NCBI GenBank assembly: GCA_003663325.1
Contig: QMZT01000001.1
Location: 15,366 to 79,365, forward strand
Reading direction: 5' to 3'
From: Candidatus Aenigmatarchaeota archaeon
GTDB taxonomy: Archaea; Aenigmatarchaeota; Aenigmatarchaeia; QMZP01; QMZT01
Length of the DNA stretch: 64,000 nt
In this document: piece by piece, positions 24,843-34,438 of the stretch
How the letters are laid out: every line of letters begins with the position of its first letter
Position numbering within the stretch: position 1 is the stretch's first letter
Program-made: the position numbers and the translations under genes
Notes under the pieces: generated by a model
Seen by the model: only the letters and a program-made list of their open reading frames with translations
Told to the model about the DNA's origin: nothing
Databases searched by the model: none

Positions 24843-26657
24843 TTATATAAGACTTAAAATCTTGTCAGGGTTTGAATAATAGGTGTTGATTATGTTTGCA
24901 ACATCTCTATAATCATAAATCTTATTCTCAACCATCCACTCCAACACAGATTTCCTAGCAGCCAATTCATCTTTAAGCATATTATGAGGTATACCGAGAA
25001 TAGTGGCTATATCCTCCATAACCTTCGATTTTCCAACTATATCAAACTTATCATTAGCGGGATTCCATTTGAATATAGTTTCCACCGCTGGCTTATTACC
25101 CCTTATACCCACAACCTCAACTATTTCATTCGCTCTCCTTGCATACTCTTCCTTTATCTTTACCCTCACCAAGAACACGATTATATCAAGATTCTCTATC
25201 AATGTTGCAGGCAAAGATATTGGTGGGCTTGTAAGCCTGTCTATGAATTGTGGCATAGACGCAGCGTGTATTGTTGCCATTCCAGCATGCCCTGTTGCTA
25301 TTTGCTGGAAAAGGACATAAGCCTCTTTACCTCTAACCTCACCAACTATTATATAATCCGGCCTTTGCCTGAGCGAGGACTTGAGCAAGTCAAAAAGGCT
25401 CACCTCACCCTTTACCCCTTCCTCGCTTATTGCTGTTCTTGCAACCTCTGGTACCCAATGCGGGTGCGGCAGCCTTAATTCTGGTGTATCTTCTATGGAG
25501 ACAACTTTAAGGGAAGGCCTTATAAAAAGCGAAAGTGCATTGAGAAATGACGTCTTACCTGTTGCCGTCCCACCAGATATAAGTATGGATTTCCTGTGCT
25601 CTATAGCAAGCCACAAATACGCCATTTGAAGTGCATTTACTGTTCCATATTCAATCATGTGAACAGGAGTTAAAGGCTTCTCTGTGAATTTCCTTATTGT
25701 AAAATTACTCCCTTTCATTGCTATATCTGTTCCAAGGGTTGCTTGTACCCTGCTCCCGTCCGGCAAGCTCCCATCCATCAACGGTTCAGCAACATTCAGC
25801 ATCCTTCCGCATTTCTGCGCGAGTTTCATAACAAACGTATCAAGCTCATCCTTGTCTTCAAACATAATATTGGTTATTAAAGAACCAAACAAAGGATTTC
25901 TGTGATAAACATATATTGGTACCTTTTCCCCGTCACAACTTATATCTTCTATATCGGGATCCCTCATTAACGCTTCAATCTTTCCTAATCCTAATATATC
26001 CCTTTCTATATAATAGCGATAGGTATCTTTCTTTTCAGGTGTTAGCTCAAGTGTGGAAAAAATATCATAAAGCTCTTTTCTTAATATCTCTTTTGCCTTA
26101 ATATCCCCTATCTTTATAAAGTCTACATCCAACCTTTCTTCAAGTATCCTTTTTATCTCTTCTAGCTGTTTTATATCAGCCTTTGATATAAACGGTTCTA
26201 TTACATTATATACCAAATTATTATGCTCATTATTCCAAAATATGTGTGCGTATGCATAAATCTTCTCACCACGTCTTGGTTTGAGTGGTATTAACGGATA
26301 GCGTATATTTATATTTCTTATTGCTTCCTTTTCCTCTGTTGAAAGCGGTGATATCATTTTTGGTTGAAATGGCGGCAGCTCTAGCTCAAAATTACCCTTT
26401 CTTATCCTTACCTCACCCTCTAAGGTGACCTTTCCACCGGTAATCTTTCCACCAGCACCACCTGCCCCCAAAACCTTTAATATATTATCGCCACTTATTA
26501 CTATCTTTCCTTCACTTATGTTAATCTCACCACCACCCATACCAGCTCTTTTTTGCTTTTTCATGTAATTGATGTAACCGGATTTCATTTTAGCTATCAA
26601 TTTTCTGAAAGAAAATTTCTCTGCCTTTCGAACCTTTATTCTTGGAACATTAACCAT
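24843..26657 (-). CDS. type IV pilus/archaellum-type assembly ATPase (FlaI/TadA/VirB11 superfamily) with Gly-rich N-terminal extension
   Basis: Walker A 'GGTATGKTSFLNAL', Asp/Walker B 'PDYIIVGEVRGKEA', His box 'GHAGMATIHA'. The first roughly 100 aa hold a basic stretch plus 'GGGEINISEGKIVISGDNILKVLGAGGAGGKITGGKVTLEGEVRI'. Confidence 0.85.
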   Translation of the reverse strand: MVNVPRIKVRKAEKFSFRKLIAKMKSGYINYMKKQKRAGMGGGEINISEGKIVISGDNILKVLGAGGAGGKITGGKVTLEGEVRIRKGNFELELPPFQPKMISPLSTEEKEAIRNINIRYPLIPLKPRRGEKIYAYAHIFWNNEHNNLVYNVIEPFISKADIKQLEEIKRILEERLDVDFIKIGDIKAKEILRKELYDIFSTLELTPEKKDTYRYYIERDILGLGKIEALMRDPDIEDISCDGEKVPIYVYHRNPLFGSLITNIMFEDKDELDTFVMKLAQKCGRMLNVAEPLMDGSLPDGSRVQATLGTDIAMKGSNFTIRKFTEKPLTPVHMIEYGTVNALQMAYLWLAIEHRKSILISGGTATGKTSFLNALSLFIRPSLKVVSIEDTPELRLPHPHWVPEVARTAISEEGVKGEVSLFDLLKSSLRQRPDYIIVGEVRGKEAYVLFQQIATGHAGMATIHAASMPQFIDRLTSPPISLPATLIENLDIIVFLVRVKIKEEYARRANEIVEVVGIRGNKPAVETIFKWNPANDKFDIVGKSKVMEDIATILGIPHNMLKDELAARKSVLEWMVENKIYDYRDVANIINTYYSNPDKILSLI

Positions 26658-26665
26658 TTCAACAC

Positions 26666-27109
26666 CTACTTTAATATAATTGAATTCCCTGTTTTATAAA
26701 TTATGAGTTTGCCTCTACCACTTAATATTGTGCTCTTTTTAAATGTGTAGGTTTTATTCATGAAATAAAGATTGGAAAAGCTTTCTCTACCATTTCTTAC
26801 ATATACATAAAGCCCATTCTCTCGTAAAGCAATAAAATATGGTTTCTGACCTGCAAACTTTGGTATCTTTACTACAATGCTCGAGGAGCTGTTGGTGGAT
26901 AAAAGTAATGATAGTATGCTGTTAGCTACAGTCTCCTTTATTTGTTCAAGCTGATCATATTCTGCAAACTCCGCATACACGCTGGTATAGCTATTAAATA
27001 TAAAATACGTCGCTATAAAGATGCTAACCGCTAGTGAAAAAAGCACTATTTGTTCAAAAGCCAAGACTTGCCCAATTTTCGCCATATTTAGAATTTTGGT
27101 GTAACCCAT
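26666..27109 (-). CDS. pilin-like protein (class III signal-peptide-like N-terminus)
   Basis: 'MAKIGQ|VLAFEQIVLFSLAVSIFIATYFIF'. An alternative start at the internal Met (27085) gives a short basic leader. First gene upstream of the ATPase. Confidence 0.6.
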   Translation of the reverse strand: MGYTKILNMAKIGQVLAFEQIVLFSLAVSIFIATYFIFNSYTSVYAEFAEYDQLEQIKETVANSILSLLLSTNSSSSIVVKIPKFAGQKPYFIALRENGLYVYVRNGRESFSNLYFMNKTYTFKKSTILSGRGKLIIYKTGNSIILK

Positions 27110-27188
27110 TTTTATTTGATGAAATGCATTATAAATGGACTAATTACTTGAAAATAAAGAATTTTATTATTTTTTGTTAAATAATCAT

Positions 27189-28502
27189 ATGAGTCTTAAA
27201 AAAATCATAGGTATCGGTGCTATTGCGGCTAGCTTGTTATTTAGCAAAGACGCAGAACTGACCATAAAAGATAAACATCTCGCTCCAAATAAAACTTCAA
27301 GTGTTGAAATGGCGTTCAGAAGATTGGACCCTTTTGTTGAGTGGTATGTTGAGCAAGATTATACAAATAAAGAAAAAGAGGGGCATGTAAGCTTGAGAAG
27401 CACGGATAAAACAGTTTGGTTTGTGCTTGCAGCCTATGATCCAGAACAAGATATAATAAAAATACCTGATTATAAAGATGAAAAGAAATGGAAAAAAGCT
27501 ATAAATGCTATACCTCATGAATTATGGCATGCACTCTCTGATTCCATAGGCAATAAAGGCCTTTTGTATTATCCTGATTATGAAGGGCCGGATATGAGAG
27601 AAATTGCGGAGTATTGCAAAGAAAAGACAAAATTGCTTAATGAAATAATAAAAAGAAAAAACAAATATGTAGATGTGTATTACGCGGTAAAAGACGTAAA
27701 CAATGCTATTGAATATTATAAAGATGTGCTGTTTTACACAGTGGAAAGTGCAAAATGGTTTAACAGAGATGTTAGGCCGTATATGGGTATAATAAAGGAG
27801 ATGGACAAAAAATTTTACCACAATATTATAGAAAGTATTAGAAGGATAAGGAAAAAACATAAAAGATTGTGGTATGCGTTTCGTGATCAGTATAAATGGG
27901 TAGGAGATATTTTACAATTAGCTGGTAAACTTGCTATCAAAAAGGATATAGAAGGCTTAACAAAAATACAGAAGGAAATAGCAGACAGCTTGCAAATTTG
28001 GGATAAAGAGTACGGGTCACTTTTATACGATGTAAAAGGATTTATAAGCAGTATTACAAAATTTTGCACCTCCAACAATTTATGTGAAGATGTGATGCTT
28101 GATGCACCTCTTCCACCTAATAGTATATATTACCGCTCTCGTGATTATATTGAAGGAGATATAGCAAGGCTTAAGTTATATGAAATTTTAGGGACCGATG
28201 AAATAATGGCAAGAATGGTAGCATCGCTTTATAACCCTTACTACGGACAACCAACCATTAATTATTTTCAGCTTACTGAAAAGGATTTGGAATTCCTTGA
28301 AAAATTTACATATAATGGTAAGCCTATTTTTAGAAAGGGCATAGAGAAATACAAGGTTGGTTTGGAAATGATAAAAGATGGTATGGACCCAAAAGATGTT
28401 AGCGAATTGCTTAGGGATGCTACACACTTTATTTATAAAGGAAAGGAGTATAATTGGCCAGAGGCGAATTTTAAGATAAAGGGCTACATACCTTATGAGT
28501 AG
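27189..28502 (+). CDS. secreted protein with HExxH zinc-metalloprotease motif
   Basis: ATG start 'MSLKKIIGIGAIAASLLFS' (signal-like); the track start at 27174 is TTG. 'IPHELWHALSD' is the only HExxH. Divergent from the pilus core. Confidence 0.5.
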   Translation: MSLKKIIGIGAIAASLLFSKDAELTIKDKHLAPNKTSSVEMAFRRLDPFVEWYVEQDYTNKEKEGHVSLRSTDKTVWFVLAAYDPEQDIIKIPDYKDEKKWKKAINAIPHELWHALSDSIGNKGLLYYPDYEGPDMREIAEYCKEKTKLLNEIIKRKNKYVDVYYAVKDVNNAIEYYKDVLFYTVESAKWFNRDVRPYMGIIKEMDKKFYHNIIESIRRIRKKHKRLWYAFRDQYKWVGDILQLAGKLAIKKDIEGLTKIQKEIADSLQIWDKEYGSLLYDVKGFISSITKFCTSNNLCEDVMLDAPLPPNSIYYRSRDYIEGDIARLKLYEILGTDEIMARMVASLYNPYYGQPTINYFQLTEKDLEFLEKFTYNGKPIFRKGIEKYKVGLEMIKDGMDPKDVSELLRDATHFIYKGKEYNWPEANFKIKGYIPYE

Positions 28503-28515
28503 TTTTATAAAATCA

Positions 28516-28600
28516 CGCTGGGGCTGGGATTTGAACCCAGAAGTCCACAAGGGACACCAGCTCTCCAGGCTGGCGCGTTACCTGGTTCCGCCACCCCAGC
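28516..28600 (-). tRNA. tRNA-Ser(GGA), intron-less
   Basis: Acceptor GCTGGGG/CCCCAGC. Anticodon stem CCAGC/GCTGG with loop CTGGAGA. Long variable arm GTCC-CTTGT-GGAC. T arm CTGGG-TTCAAAT-CCCAG. Discriminator G. Confidence 0.9.
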
Positions 28601-28814
28601 ATAATGCTTTGCAATGATTATATATAATTTGGAATCGTTAATTTTAATTCATTTAAGATTAAAATTGTTAGTTCTATAATAATAGGAACAATATGTTTGG
28701 CTCCTATTTTCACAGCAAAAAATGCCATAATCTATACAAACTATCAATGGCCTGTTATAGCTTATTATTCCCATCGAAGCTAAATTTTTTATTAACTCTT
28801 GAAAATACATTTTT

Positions 28815-29843
28815 ATGGGCGTTAATCTAGCAGATATTGTACCATGTAGCAAGATAAAGGTTTCTGATCTAAATGGAAAAATTATCGCTATAGATGCATT
28901 CAATACCATTTATCAATTTCTAAGTATAATAAGAGACAGATTTACCGGGGAATGTTTAAGAGACAGCAGCGGGAGGATAACCAGCCATATATCCGGACTT
29001 TTTTACAGAACAGCAAAGCTTTTAGAAGAAGGGATAACACCCGTATTCGTTTTTGACGGTGAACCACCATCATTCAAGCAGAAAACGCAAGAAGAGAGGC
29101 ATATGATAAAAGAAAAGGCAAGCATAATGCTGGAAAAGGCAAGAGAGGAAGGAGATACGGAGAAGATAAGAATGTACGCACAGGCAACTGCAAAATTGAC
29201 AGAAAGTATGGTAGAGGATGCGAAAACATTGCTTAAATATATGGGGGTTCTATGCATAGATGCACCTTCTGAAGGTGAAGCACAGGCAGCGTATATTGCA
29301 AAAAAGGGAATTGCATATGCAAGTGCTAGTCAAGACTGGGATTCCTTGCTTTTTGGCACCCCACGCCTTATTAGGAATCTCGCATTGACGGGAAAAAGAA
29401 AACTTCCCAGAAAAGAAGTATACGTAGAGGTTGTTCCAGAGATGGCAGAACTTAACACCATACTCTCAACACTTTCTATAACGCACGATCAATTAATAGC
29501 ACTTTCCATACTTATAGGCACAGATTATAATCCTGGAGGGGTTAAGGGCATAGGACCAAAGAAGGCGTTAGAGATTGTGAAAAAATGCGGTGATATTGAG
29601 AAAATATTTAATCAAGTTGAATGGGATTTCGATGTAAGCGCAATGGACATATTTAACTTCTTTAAAAACCCGCCTGTTATTGATTGTGATATTACAAAAA
29701 CACAACCAGACTTTGACAGCCTAAAAGAATTCATGCTACAACATGATTTTTCTGAAGAAAGGGTTGATAAAGTAATAAATGCACTAGAATCCTTGAAAGG
29801 TGAAAGGCAAGAGGATCTTAGCAAATGGTTTGCGAAAAAATGA
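28815..29843 (+). CDS. fen: flap endonuclease 1
   Basis: 'MGVNLADIV', 'IAIDAFNTIYQFLS', 'PVFVFDGEPP', 'IDAPSEGEAQAA', 'IGTDYNPGGVKGIGPKKA'. Confidence 0.9.
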   Translation: MGVNLADIVPCSKIKVSDLNGKIIAIDAFNTIYQFLSIIRDRFTGECLRDSSGRITSHISGLFYRTAKLLEEGITPVFVFDGEPPSFKQKTQEERHMIKEKASIMLEKAREEGDTEKIRMYAQATAKLTESMVEDAKTLLKYMGVLCIDAPSEGEAQAAYIAKKGIAYASASQDWDSLLFGTPRLIRNLALTGKRKLPRKEVYVEVVPEMAELNTILSTLSITHDQLIALSILIGTDYNPGGVKGIGPKKALEIVKKCGDIEKIFNQVEWDFDVSAMDIFNFFKNPPVIDCDITKTQPDFDSLKEFMLQHDFSEERVDKVINALESLKGERQEDLSKWFAKK

Positions 29844-30457
29844 TAGACAGGCTGTATGTGCTACAATTGGAAAGAGGTTTTTTTACACCGCGTTTAGCTT
29901 CAAAAATGCTATGCATAGCTAAGAGTGATGCCAAAAAAATGATAAGGGAAATGCTAGACAAGGGCTTTGTAAGAGAGGTAGAAGGAAAGAAAGGGCGTTA
30001 CATGCTTAGTAAAAAAGGGAGAAAGATGGTAAGGGTTGGTTTAACCGGTGGTTGCTTTGATATTTTGCATGCTGGCCATATAAAAATGCTTGAATCAGCA
30101 AAAAAGTTATGCGATGTGCTTGTTGTAGTTATTGCAAGCGATGAAACCATTATTAAAGAAAAAAACAGGCAGGCTGTGTTTGATGAGAAAGAGAGAAAGA
30201 TGCTTGTAGGCGCTATTAAATATGTTGATTTCGTTATTATCGGGAGCAAGAGCATGAATATTAAATCTGTTATAGAAAGGGTAAAGCCAGACATTATCAT
30301 ATTTGGTAAGGATCAAAAAAAGCTTGAAGAGCGTGTTAAAGAATTAATACCAAGGCTTAAAATTAAACCAAAGATAAAGAGGATTGGTACGTGGGTTAAG
30401 GGTAAAAAAAGCAGTAAAATAAGAAGTTGGTTAGCAAAACTTAATTCAGCATATTAG
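29840..30457 (+). CDS. cytidylyltransferase-fold protein (RibL/FAD synthase-like) with N-terminal winged-helix domain
   Basis: ATGA overlap with the fen stop. 'GLTGGCFDILHAGHIKMLESAKK' (HxGH nucleotidyltransferase motif) follows a roughly 65-aa HTH-like segment. Confidence 0.65.
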   Translation: MIDRLYVLQLERGFFTPRLASKMLCIAKSDAKKMIREMLDKGFVREVEGKKGRYMLSKKGRKMVRVGLTGGCFDILHAGHIKMLESAKKLCDVLVVVIASDETIIKEKNRQAVFDEKERKMLVGAIKYVDFVIIGSKSMNIKSVIERVKPDIIIFGKDQKKLEERVKELIPRLKIKPKIKRIGTWVKGKKSSKIRSWLAKLNSAY

Positions 30458-31170
30458 ATTGGGAGGAACAAAATAAATATAACAAGCACGGGCTGGTGTA
30501 TGAAATAGATCAAAAGGGAATGTCTGCCAGCCATGCATATAGCACTTAAAACCTTACTATCCCTGTTCTTAATACCAAACTGTCTTTTACCATCCCTGTA
30601 AAAAACTGTTCCAAGAAACATGCCAAAGAATACAACGCCTAACCAAGGAAATAACGGGAAGTAGTCAAATGTTTTTATATTAGCACTAGCGCCGGCAAAA
30701 GAAAAAAGCGGAGCATGGATGTTCATTAAAGGCAGGCTTATTAGGAAGGATATTAAGGTAAATAGGAGATAAACTACTGGCTTTGCTTTAATTCTCAAAG
30801 CGAGATAGGATAGCAGGGTAGCTGTACTAAAGAAATGTAATATGCCAAAAAAGATAAACTCTTGGGGAAACGCAAGAAATGTAATGATGGTTATAATGCT
30901 TGCATAACCCAGAAGCTTCACTGACCTGCGTATATATTTAAGACATAACTCCTTGCCTTTTAATCTCTTTGAGGCTCTTGCGTAGCTTATTGTCATCGAT
31001 ATGCCAAACAAGATTATGAAAAGACTGGCAATAAAAAATGCAATATAGCTTAATGGCTCATCAATATAGGTGCCATGTTTGAAATAGGTTATATCAAAGG
31101 CTGCATGAAAACCTATCATTAAGATAACCGCAATGCCTCTTGCAAAATCTATCTCCCAAAACCTTTTCAT
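30454..31170 (-). CDS. DUF1624/heparan-alpha-glucosaminide N-acetyltransferase-like membrane protein
   Basis: Start moved to 'MKRFWEIDFARGIAVILMIGFHAAFD'. Polytopic. Confidence 0.55.
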   Translation of the reverse strand: MKRFWEIDFARGIAVILMIGFHAAFDITYFKHGTYIDEPLSYIAFFIASLFIILFGISMTISYARASKRLKGKELCLKYIRRSVKLLGYASIITIITFLAFPQEFIFFGILHFFSTATLLSYLALRIKAKPVVYLLFTLISFLISLPLMNIHAPLFSFAGASANIKTFDYFPLFPWLGVVFFGMFLGTVFYRDGKRQFGIKNRDSKVLSAICMAGRHSLLIYFIHQPVLVIFILFLPI

Positions 31171-31213
31171 ACTATTCTTTTTATTTATTCCTTTAGGATT
31201 ATTATTAAGTGGT

Positions 31214-32230
31214 ATGGAAAAAAGATTGGAAGATGCAAGTGTAATTGCTAACTCGATCAGAGAGAACATAGAGAGAAGGCTTTATACATTAGATTTTGAT
31301 GTACAGTGTCATTTTGCAACGAGGATGTATAGAGTAACGGGTGATAAATCTTATACGAAGCCCATAGTTGCGTGGTTTTTGGCTGAGAAAGAAAAGCTCC
31401 TTACTGATTTAAAAAATGCAAGCAGCAAGAGGTATGTTAGCAATCGTTCTGAGGAATTATTCGAAGAGTATAAAATGAGAGTGAAGAGAAAGGCAGGAAG
31501 AGATGTGAAGGAGGTAAAAAGAATAAAGCTGTTCAGCACAAGAAAAGAGTCTCTCTTTTACTACAGGATTATTGAGAACCTGTACTTTTTGAAAAATTTT
31601 GGACTTTCTAAAGGAAAGCTGGGATGTGCATTTAAAAGGGGTTTAACATTTCTTAGAAATAGAAAAGATGAGATAAAGAATTATATATTTGAGGACAGCG
31701 CGATAAAATACTATGGAACACAATTAATCAATCAGGTTAATTATCTAAAATTCTTGGGAGTAGTGGATGTTATACCCAGCTTTGAGAACAAATTTATCAA
31801 AATGTTTATGAAAAGGAAAAGGCTACCTGATTATATGTATAGGAATAAAATTTATGGGCTGACGCATTTTATAATCGCAGACTCAGATTATTATCAAAGG
31901 TTCGCATCCAAAAGATTTATGTGGATAATCGATTATTTTAGAAATAACATAGGTGAAATAATTGGCAAGACAAATGCTGATATAATCTCAGAGGTTGGGC
32001 TGTGTTTTAAGCTCATGAGAGTAAAAGATAGAAAGGTATTCAAGCTTGTTACAAACTATCTTTTAAATGCCTATGATGGTAAAATAGGGTATATACCGCG
32101 AGATGATAGCAAGGATCTAAATATAGCTGAGCATACCAATATAGTTGCCTTTTTGTTTTTGCACAATTTCAGAAGGTTTTATAAAGGTCCTGATATAAGA
32201 AATATTGTAGAGCAATTCATAACACCATAA
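31214..32230 (+). CDS. hypothetical protein
   Basis: ORF with good coding look. Start set at 'MEKRLEDAS' to avoid overlap with the divergent membrane gene. No motif recognised. Confidence 0.45.
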   Translation: MEKRLEDASVIANSIRENIERRLYTLDFDVQCHFATRMYRVTGDKSYTKPIVAWFLAEKEKLLTDLKNASSKRYVSNRSEELFEEYKMRVKRKAGRDVKEVKRIKLFSTRKESLFYYRIIENLYFLKNFGLSKGKLGCAFKRGLTFLRNRKDEIKNYIFEDSAIKYYGTQLINQVNYLKFLGVVDVIPSFENKFIKMFMKRKRLPDYMYRNKIYGLTHFIIADSDYYQRFASKRFMWIIDYFRNNIGEIIGKTNADIISEVGLCFKLMRVKDRKVFKLVTNYLLNAYDGKIGYIPRDDSKDLNIAEHTNIVAFLFLHNFRRFYKGPDIRNIVEQFITP

Positions 32231-32254
32231 CAAGAAATTTTGGTGGTAAAAGTG

Positions 32255-32524
32255 ATGGAAGAGCTTTATACTGAGTTGCTAACCCGTAATTATTTAGGTA
32301 CGATGCTTGACCCGTATTTTTGGAGAGAAGATGTTAAGGATTATGAAAAGGCCACGCGTCTCGAATATGTTGGTAGAAAGGCAGAGAGGGAAGGGTATGG
32401 TGATGTAGCAACCATGCTGTATGTAAAAGCAATTCAATATTATGAAAAGGCTGGTTGGTTTGGTAGTGCGTTGCAATTAAGAAGAAAGATACTTGGGCAC
32501 AAAAATAAAAGGGTTAAAGGTTAA
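32255..32524 (+). CDS. hypothetical small protein
   Basis: ATG 'MEELYTELL' preceded by GGTGGT. No motif recognised. Confidence 0.4.
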   Translation: MEELYTELLTRNYLGTMLDPYFWREDVKDYEKATRLEYVGRKAEREGYGDVATMLYVKAIQYYEKAGWFGSALQLRRKILGHKNKRVKG

Positions 32525-32534
32525 TTAAATTTTA

Positions 32535-33353
32535 ATGATAAACTATTACTTTTCCCTTATGAGGATAAAAAATTGGAGAGCCTATTTATTAATATCTATT
32601 CTCGGCTTCTTGCTATCTTTTGGATATACCAATGATATTATAAAGATTACAGCCTTTTTTATAGCCGTTTCACTATACCTTGGATTTAGTTTTTCAATCA
32701 ATGAATGCTTTGACACTAGCGAGGACAGGCTAAAAGGTACAAAGAACCCGATAGCGCTGGGTAAAATAAAATTTGAACATGGATTGTGCTTTTCTGGCAT
32801 ACTTGCAATACTTGGCTTGAGCTTGGCTGCGGTGTTTGGAATGAACGCATTTCTGTTTTACTTAACAATGATATTGCTTTCACTTGCTTATTCTTCAAAA
32901 CCACTGAGACTAAAATCTAGATTCATTTTGGATCTCTTATCCCATGGCTTGTTTTTCGGAGCATTCCTTTTCATTTTTCCTTTTATTGTGTTTAGCAAAG
33001 CCATAAACATAATACATTATCTTATAATGCTTGTAATATTTTATTTCTCAATCATACTTGAGCTGAGAAATCATATAAGCGACTTCGACTATGATAGGCG
33101 TGCTGGATTAAAGACAAGCGCATGCGTACTAGGTAAAGATAAAAGTATAAAGGTATTAAGGTTTTTATTCATGCTGTATCCATTATCCTTGCTTCCTATC
33201 TTTTTGCTTACCAATCTTTATTATCTATTTTTTGTTCTAGCTAGCACTCTATATTTGCTTTTGTTTTTATTTAAGGATAGATACATTATAATAGATATAT
33301 ATACCAACATCTCACTATTCCTTATAATGTTGAAACTGGTAGTGATAAGATGA
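32535..33353 (+). CDS. UbiA-family prenyltransferase (DGGGP synthase-like)
   Basis: Polytopic, with two Asp-rich motifs 'NECFDTSEDR' and 'SDFDYDRRAGLKT'. Confidence 0.75.
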   Translation: MINYYFSLMRIKNWRAYLLISILGFLLSFGYTNDIIKITAFFIAVSLYLGFSFSINECFDTSEDRLKGTKNPIALGKIKFEHGLCFSGILAILGLSLAAVFGMNAFLFYLTMILLSLAYSSKPLRLKSRFILDLLSHGLFFGAFLFIFPFIVFSKAINIIHYLIMLVIFYFSIILELRNHISDFDYDRRAGLKTSACVLGKDKSIKVLRFLFMLYPLSLLPIFLLTNLYYLFFVLASTLYLLLFLFKDRYIIIDIYTNISLFLIMLKLVVIR

Positions 33354-34438
33354 GGATAGCAATATGTAGTGATTATTTTTATCCTAAGATTGGAGGTATA
33401 ACAACACATATAGAACAGCTAGCAAAATGTATGGAAAAGAGGGGGCATGAAGTGATAATAGTTACGAAAAAAGCTGATTATGATGACGAGGTGCATGGGC
33501 TGAACGTAGTAAGAATAAATTCCATATTCAGAACATCCAAAACCATCGATATACCAAATACCAAGGAATTAAAGAATGCGTTGGAATCGGTTAAGCCAGA
33601 TATAATTCACGCACACCATGCATTCTCTCCAATCTCACTTCTTGCTTTAAGTATAGGAAAGAAGATGGGAATAAAAACTGTTCTAACCAATCATTCAATA
33701 CAATTTCTTTATGATTTTGATTATCTTTGGAGACCATCCTCATACATACTCTTTCCCTATAGAGAGTATATAAAGAATGCAGACAAAATCATAGCTGTTA
33801 GTAACGCTGCAGCAGAGTTTATATCCCACTTTACAGATAAGAAAATACATATCATACCAAATGGGATAGATATTGCAAACTTTTCTGTGAAAAGAAAGGT
33901 ATTTGATGGGAAGAGCGTGTTATTTGTAGGAAGGTTCGTATACAGAAAGGGTATACATATATTGCTAGAGGCAATGTCACATGTTCTCAAAAAGCAAGAT
34001 GCGAAGCTAACACTTGTTGGAAGCGGCTATCTTAAACACATTATAAAGCTCTTCGTAAGAGCATTTAATTTAGGCAAGAACGTTAAAATAATGGAAAATA
34101 TTCCAAAGGAAGAATTAATAAAAATATATAGAAAAGCTCATGTGTTTGTAATGCCATCCATATATGGCGAGTCCTTTGGTATCGTTTTGCTTGAGGCCAT
34201 GGCAACAAAAACGCCTATAGTTGCATATAATCAAGGAGGGATAGGCGAGATTATAGAGAGTGGTGTTACAGGTATACTTGTGAAAAAAGAAAGCGTTGAA
34301 GAGATGGCTAAAAATATCTTGCTTCTTCTAAATAACAAAGATCTTGCAAGGAAAATAGCCAGCAATGCATTTAAGGCTGTGAAAAGATATGATTGGAACG
34401 TTATTGCAGAGGAGATAGAGAACGTGTATGAGGGGTAG
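33350..34438 (+). CDS. glycosyltransferase family 4 (GT-B)
   Basis: 'GGITTHIEQLA', 'PSIYGESFGIVLLEAMATKTPIVA'. ATGA overlap with the UbiA gene. Confidence 0.8.
   Translation: MRIAICSDYFYPKIGGITTHIEQLAKCMEKRGHEVIIVTKKADYDDEVHGLNVVRINSIFRTSKTIDIPNTKELKNALESVKPDIIHAHHAFSPISLLALSIGKKMGIKTVLTNHSIQFLYDFDYLWRPSSYILFPYREYIKNADKIIAVSNAAAEFISHFTDKKIHIIPNGIDIANFSVKRKVFDGKSVLFVGRFVYRKGIHILLEAMSHVLKKQDAKLTLVGSGYLKHIIKLFVRAFNLGKNVKIMENIPKEELIKIYRKAHVFVMPSIYGESFGIVLLEAMATKTPIVAYNQGGIGEIIESGVTGILVKKESVEEMAKNILLLLNNKDLARKIASNAFKAVKRYDWNVIAEEIENVYEG

Noticed and set aside
13801-28600. Possible genomic island: the pilin/hydrolase and pilus loci are bracketed by tRNA-Glu and tRNA-Ser
   Set aside because: No integrase, no direct repeat of a tRNA 3' end, and housekeeping genes (apgM, NFACT) sit in the middle. 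Composition looks like the rest of the window by eye. Horizontal origin of the hydrolase domains remains possible, but an integrated mobile element is not supported.
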